Assembly: GCA_965217865.1 (NCBI GenBank) | Contig: CBDCJO010000001.1 | Span: 448,001-512,000 of the forward strand | Reading direction: 5' to 3' | From: Candidatus Latescibacterota bacterium | GTDB taxonomy: Bacteria; Latescibacterota; UBA2968; SICM01 | DNA: 64,000 nt | Shown: positions 60,254 through 64,000 of the stretch, one piece after another | Layout of the letters: each line of letters opens with the position of its first letter | How positions within the stretch are numbered: the stretch's first letter is position 1 | The notes under the pieces: model-generated | The model's input: only the letters and a program-made list of their open reading frames with translations | Told to the model about the DNA's origin: nothing | The model's database searches: none | Translations under genes and position numbers: made by a program

Positions 60254-61660
60254 TCATTCAGAGAAGGCCGGTTCTTCAAGGTATTTCTTTACCCGGTCGA
60301 TGATCGTATCTGAGGAATAGGGTTTGACAATGTAGTCGTTTGCCCCCGCTTCGATCGCATCGACGACCGTCGTGCTGTCCGTGAGCGAGGTCAACATGAT
60401 GATGGGGATGCTGGCCGTTGCATCCCGCTGGCGAAGGCCTTTAAGGGCCTCGATCCCTCCTAACACCGGCATCAGGATATCGAGCATAACGAGGTCAGGG
60501 GTCTTTTTCTTGGCCAGATCCAGGGCCTCGGCCCCATTGACTGCCTCCATAACCTCATACCCCATCCTCTGGAGGATAAAAGCCAGGGCACGCCGGGTGG
60601 CGACAGAATCTTCAGCGATCAGGATGCATTTATTCGAGTCCTTCTTCTGTCCTCTGGTCAGGCGGGTCCCACACTCGATGCAGAATTTTCCCGTCCCCTT
60701 GGAACCGCATTTAGGGCATTCCTGCAACAATGTTTCGGAGTCCAACGATTCCCCATCGTCTTTCTTAGGGGGGGCTTTCAGGCGGATCTTCAAGTCGAAA
60801 GTCGCACCGGCTTCCTGCATCTCCCCAGGAACCTTCTCCAGGATATCTTCGATGGACTGTTCATCAAGTCCGAAGTGCTCCTGAGCACGTTCCCGTAACA
60901 GCGAGACCCCCTTCTCTCTATCCTCTTCATAAAAAACGTCGGTGACCAGGCTGGACGTGTTGACGACACGAATCAACTCGGCTACCGGAGAGGCGGATAT
61001 GTCATTTTCGAAGGCCACAAAGTGGTGCTCCCGAATGGTCTCTTCAAAAATAGATGGGAGACACCAGTGTCTGACCAGAAGCCCCCCCACCGCCGCGTGG
61101 TCGAGACCGATGACCTCCCTTTCCACCCTTGCGAGATGTGCGTCGCGGACCTTGGCCACTCCGATTGCGCCCCCGTACTCGATCGGAAAACATTGGGCAA
61201 GAAAAAGACATCCGATGTCCTGAAGCAACCCGGCGGTAAATACCTCTCCTGGAATATCCCGCTGGAGCTTGGACGCGATCAATCCCGATGCAACTGCATT
61301 GCAAACCGAACGCTCCCAAAAAAGCTTCAGATCGAAACCCCTGGCCAACGACACCGAATAGGTGTCCATCACGGCAAGACCGAGGGCTATGCTCCCCACC
61401 TTTTTATATCCAAGGATATTGATCGCCTGGGTGACATCCGAAACCTGGCTGGACAGCCCATAAAAGGAGGAGTTGACCACACGAAGCAACTTGGTGGAGA
61501 GGGCCACATCCATGGAGATCAGCTTGGCCACCTTTCCGACCGGGACCTGGAGATCCTGTGTCATTTGGGAGATTTGAACCGCGGCAGTGGAGAGGGTCGG
61601 AAAATCCTCTGCATCATCAATAATTTTCAGGACGTCCTGTTCTGTCAAAACACTCGGCAT
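60254..61660 (-). CDS. HDOD domain plus zinc ribbon plus response-regulator receiver
   Basis: LLRVVNSSFYG, AGLLQDIG, DHA.VG; CPKCG..FCIECG; AEDS, LDILMP, YIVKP. Confidence 0.88.
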   Translation of the reverse strand: MPSVLTEQDVLKIIDDAEDFPTLSTAAVQISQMTQDLQVPVGKVAKLISMDVALSTKLLRVVNSSFYGLSSQVSDVTQAINILGYKKVGSIALGLAVMDTYSVSLARGFDLKLFWERSVCNAVASGLIASKLQRDIPGEVFTAGLLQDIGCLFLAQCFPIEYGGAIGVAKVRDAHLARVEREVIGLDHAAVGGLLVRHWCLPSIFEETIREHHFVAFENDISASPVAELIRVVNTSSLVTDVFYEEDREKGVSLLRERAQEHFGLDEQSIEDILEKVPGEMQEAGATFDLKIRLKAPPKKDDGESLDSETLLQECPKCGSKGTGKFCIECGTRLTRGQKKDSNKCILIAEDSVATRRALAFILQRMGYEVMEAVNGAEALDLAKKKTPDLVMLDILMPVLGGIEALKGLRQRDATASIPIIMLTSLTDSTTVVDAIEAGANDYIVKPYSSDTIIDRVKKYLEEPAFSE

Positions 61661-61710
61661 GACCTTTGCCCTTAAAAAACTTCAGCCTTGAGGATCCGGA
61701 ATTTTCCGGG

Positions 61711-62145
61711 TCAATCATCCTTTACCATTTTCTCCCCGTCAAAAATCAGCTTCCCTTTCTCGAAAATCTTTCCATCCTTCAATTCATACTTCATGTGTTG
61801 GCCTAAAGAGAGGTGCTTGAAGACTTCCTCCGGGTCTCCGTATTTTTCTATCAGCTTCTCAATCGGGCCTTCAAATTCGAGTTTTTTGCGTTTTGGCTTC
61901 CCTTTCGCCCTTTGAGCCTGCTCTTCGGGGCTCAGGATCGGCAATCTCTCCGCAGCCGGTCCCAGACGACTGGCGAACTCCTGTTGCCTGCGGAAATGAT
62001 CGTGTTTCTTCTCAACCTCGCTTCTATCGATATCCTCATGGTCTGAAGCGGTTTCTTTCGCCCGCTGGCGCCATTTATCCCGCTCTCTTTCAAGAGGTGC
62101 GTCTTCCCCCATCTTCCTGAGAAGATCCCTGACAGAATCGTTCAT
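61711..62145 (-). CDS. Hypothetical charged protein
   Basis: Intact ORF with a GAGGAGG RBS, co-directional with the HDOD gene. Confidence 0.65.
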   Translation of the reverse strand: MNDSVRDLLRKMGEDAPLERERDKWRQRAKETASDHEDIDRSEVEKKHDHFRRQQEFASRLGPAAERLPILSPEEQAQRAKGKPKRKKLEFEGPIEKLIEKYGDPEEVFKHLSLGQHMKYELKDGKIFEKGKLIFDGEKMVKDD

Positions 62146-62254
62146 CCCTGTGCCTCCTCAGATAAATCAAAAGACGATCTGAACCAGATTTTTAGGAGAA
62201 AAATAAGGTGAAGTCTGAGATTTGTCAACCGCGTTTTACCCCTGTAAATTGGGT

Positions 62255-62283
62255 TTGACATAGAAGATCCTGATGGGTAGTTT
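62255..62283 (+). promoter_or_regulatory. sigma70-like promoter for mazG
   Basis: TTGACA-N17-TAGTTT. Confidence 0.5.
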
Positions 62284-62369
62284 ATCCTTTTGCGGCCACC
62301 GGGAAATAACCCCCAAATACCCATATAGGGAAATTGTTCTTCTACGAAGGGTTAAATAAGGAGGTTTCC

Positions 62370-62770
62370 ATGAACCATTTCGACAGACTCACCGGCATCA
62401 TGGCCAGGCTTCGTGGCGAAGGGGGATGCCCGTGGGACAGGAAACAAACCCACAAGACTTTGAAACCCTATCTCCTCGAAGAGACTTACGAGGTCCTTGA
62501 TGCCATCGACCAGGAGGATGACCAAGAACTGAAAAAGGAACTTGGGGATCTTCTTCTTCAGGTGGTTTTTCACGCGCAAATCGCGCATGAGGATGACCGT
62601 TTCAACGTCGATGAGGTATCCGAAGCCATCGTTTCGAAGTTGATACACCGGCATCTCCACGTATTTGGAAACGAGAAAGTCGAAGGAACTGAGGAGGTTC
62701 TCGTCAACTGGGAACAGCTGAAGAAATCCGAAGGAGATGCTGAGCCCTCCGAAGTTTCCGTCCTGGACGT
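62370..62770 (+). pseudogene. mazG: MazG nucleoside triphosphate pyrophosphohydrolase, N-terminal domain only
   Basis: [34 protein letters not shown]; homology stops at SVLD. Confidence 0.85.
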
Positions 62771-63199
62771 GAAATCCCTCAAGGGACGAAGCGAAGTGAA
62801 ACGGCCAGGGAAGGCCAGGAAGCGGCGGATGACCAGGGACAAGCGGGTTTTGCACCGGTTGCGCTTCCACCGGCGGAGGTCCAGAGGGAGGCTGTCCGGG
62901 ATGCATCGAGGGAAATCGGCCAGGGGCTCCAGCGTGACGCTGAAATACAGACCAGCATAAACGTCGAACAGTCCGTGAAAAGCGCCGATCGGGCTACGGA
63001 TAAGAAACTCCGACTGGATAGTCGCGATAACCAGAATCAGGTCCGAAGTCTCCAGGCGCAACGAAACACGCTCCAGCGGGAGGTTCGAATGGCGGAGGAG
63101 AAGATTCGGAAGCTTCAAAGCCAGACTCGGACCACGACGACTTCGGGATCGACAAACGTCTTCCCGCTCGGGAGCCGATTGAATTTTCTGGTACAATAA
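62769..63199 (+). pseudogene. 3' part of an unrelated coiled-coil protein fused out of frame to mazG
   Basis: Open frame [11 protein letters not shown]...SLQAQRNTLQREVRMAEEKIRKLQ..LGSRLNFLVQ* with no evident start or RBS of its own. Confidence 0.55.
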
Positions 63200-63251
63200 T
63201 CGATGGATCTACGGGGTTCTGAAGCCGATTCCCCAATAAAAAACGGCTTTG

Positions 63252-63379
63252 GACGACGTCCTTCGGAGTGGCGCGTCGTCAAGGGACCGCCCAGGTGGCG
63301 CTGAGTGGGACCGCTTGGTCAGGCCCCTCTCTCGGGCGGGAAACTCAGGGGTAACCGACGAGAGGGGGGTCCTTTTTTA
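63252..63379 (+). other. Structured intergenic element ending in a terminator-like stem with a T-tract
   Basis: Stems GACGACG/CGTCGTC and CCCCTCTCTCGG/CCGACGAGAGGGG, then TTTTTT. Confidence 0.5.
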
Positions 63380-63394
63380 TTCAAGATAAAACGG

Positions 63395-63423
63395 TTGACA
63401 GCCTTCTCAAAAATTTGTATTCT
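63395..63423 (+). promoter_or_regulatory. sigma70-like promoter
   Basis: TTGACA-N17-TATTCT. Confidence 0.6.
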
Positions 63424-63559
63424 AACCATGTCCAATACATGCAAGAAGTTACGTTCCAATCTTGATTTAACCCTGACCTAATGCCTCGGAGCAGGTGCAG
63501 ATATCCTCCTGCCGTTTTCTGAAAACCAACGATAACCCACCTGGATTCATCTCCCATCG

Positions 63560-64000
63560 ATGCCTCTCCCCACCGGCAAACTCCATCCCGACCTCCTCTC
63601 CCGTTTGTTGAGCGGTTGTGAGCATTCCAATGAGCGGGTTATCGTTGGGCCGGCGGTGGGAGAAGATGCCGCCGTGATCGACTTTGGGGACACCTGCCTG
63701 GTTGCAAAAACCGATCCCATCACGTTTGTCACCGATCAGGTCGGTATTTACGCCATCGTCATCAACGCCAACGACATCGCCGTTATGGGAGCCACACCCA
63801 AGTGGTTTCTGGCTACGCTGCTTCTTCCTGAGGCCAAAACCGACCAAAATCTGATCGAATCGATTTTTCATTCCATCAACAGTGCGGCATCGGAATTTAA
63901 AATTTCCGTCTGTGGCGGACACACGGAGATCACCCACGGCCTGGACCGGCCCATCGTCGTCGGTCATATGCTTGGGGAGGTCAAAAAAGAGGACCTGGTA
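63560..64000 (+). CDS. AIR synthase/HypE-like family protein (partial, runs off the window)
   Basis: MPLPTGKL..GPAVGEDAAVID..KTDPIT..NANDIAVMGA.P..GGHTE. Confidence 0.88.
   Translation, partial: MPLPTGKLHPDLLSRLLSGCEHSNERVIVGPAVGEDAAVIDFGDTCLVAKTDPITFVTDQVGIYAIVINANDIAVMGATPKWFLATLLLPEAKTDQNLIESIFHSINSAASEFKISVCGGHTEITHGLDRPIVVGHMLGEVKKEDLV

Noticed and set aside
63330-63360. c-di-GMP riboswitch (GGGAAAC...AACCGAC)
   Set aside because: The segment is too short and lacks the internal stems of class I or class II aptamers.

Overview
A 64-kb bacterial chromosomal window. It is GC-rich and contains several PhyH dioxygenases, secreted proteins with EF-hand/dockerin-like motifs and an FlgD-like C-terminal sorting domain; this fits an FCB-group lineage such as Ca. 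Latescibacterota, but that assignment is inference only. Bases 1-21 kb hold mostly minus-strand catabolic genes for sugar acids and amino acids (tdh, ltaE, uxuA-like, tartrate dehydrogenase-like, three PhyH), plus a SpeD-like gene and an Ogg1-type glycosylase. A sulfatase is split by an IS630 and an IS1182-type element stacked at one CTAG. Bases 25-47 kb are housekeeping and envelope genes (hydantoinase A/B, dnaE, trpS, an LLM monooxygenase with its flavin reductase). Bases 49-58.6 kb are an accessory region that splits a large secreted repeat protein. It contains a P4-integrase/AlpA/primase satellite-like element, decayed cargo (an MTase remnant, an IS1595 remnant, and a HEXXH gene interrupted cleanly by an IS200), and a TPR gene bracketed by two copies of an unusual element made of a GGACAC 15-mer array plus a 51-bp identical tail. 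The end of the window has an HDOD-REC gene, a truncated mazG fused to another gene's 3' end, a structured intergenic element and a partial AIR-synthase/HypE-like gene. No rRNA, complete tRNA or CRISPR array was seen. All calls come from manual motif reading without database searches.
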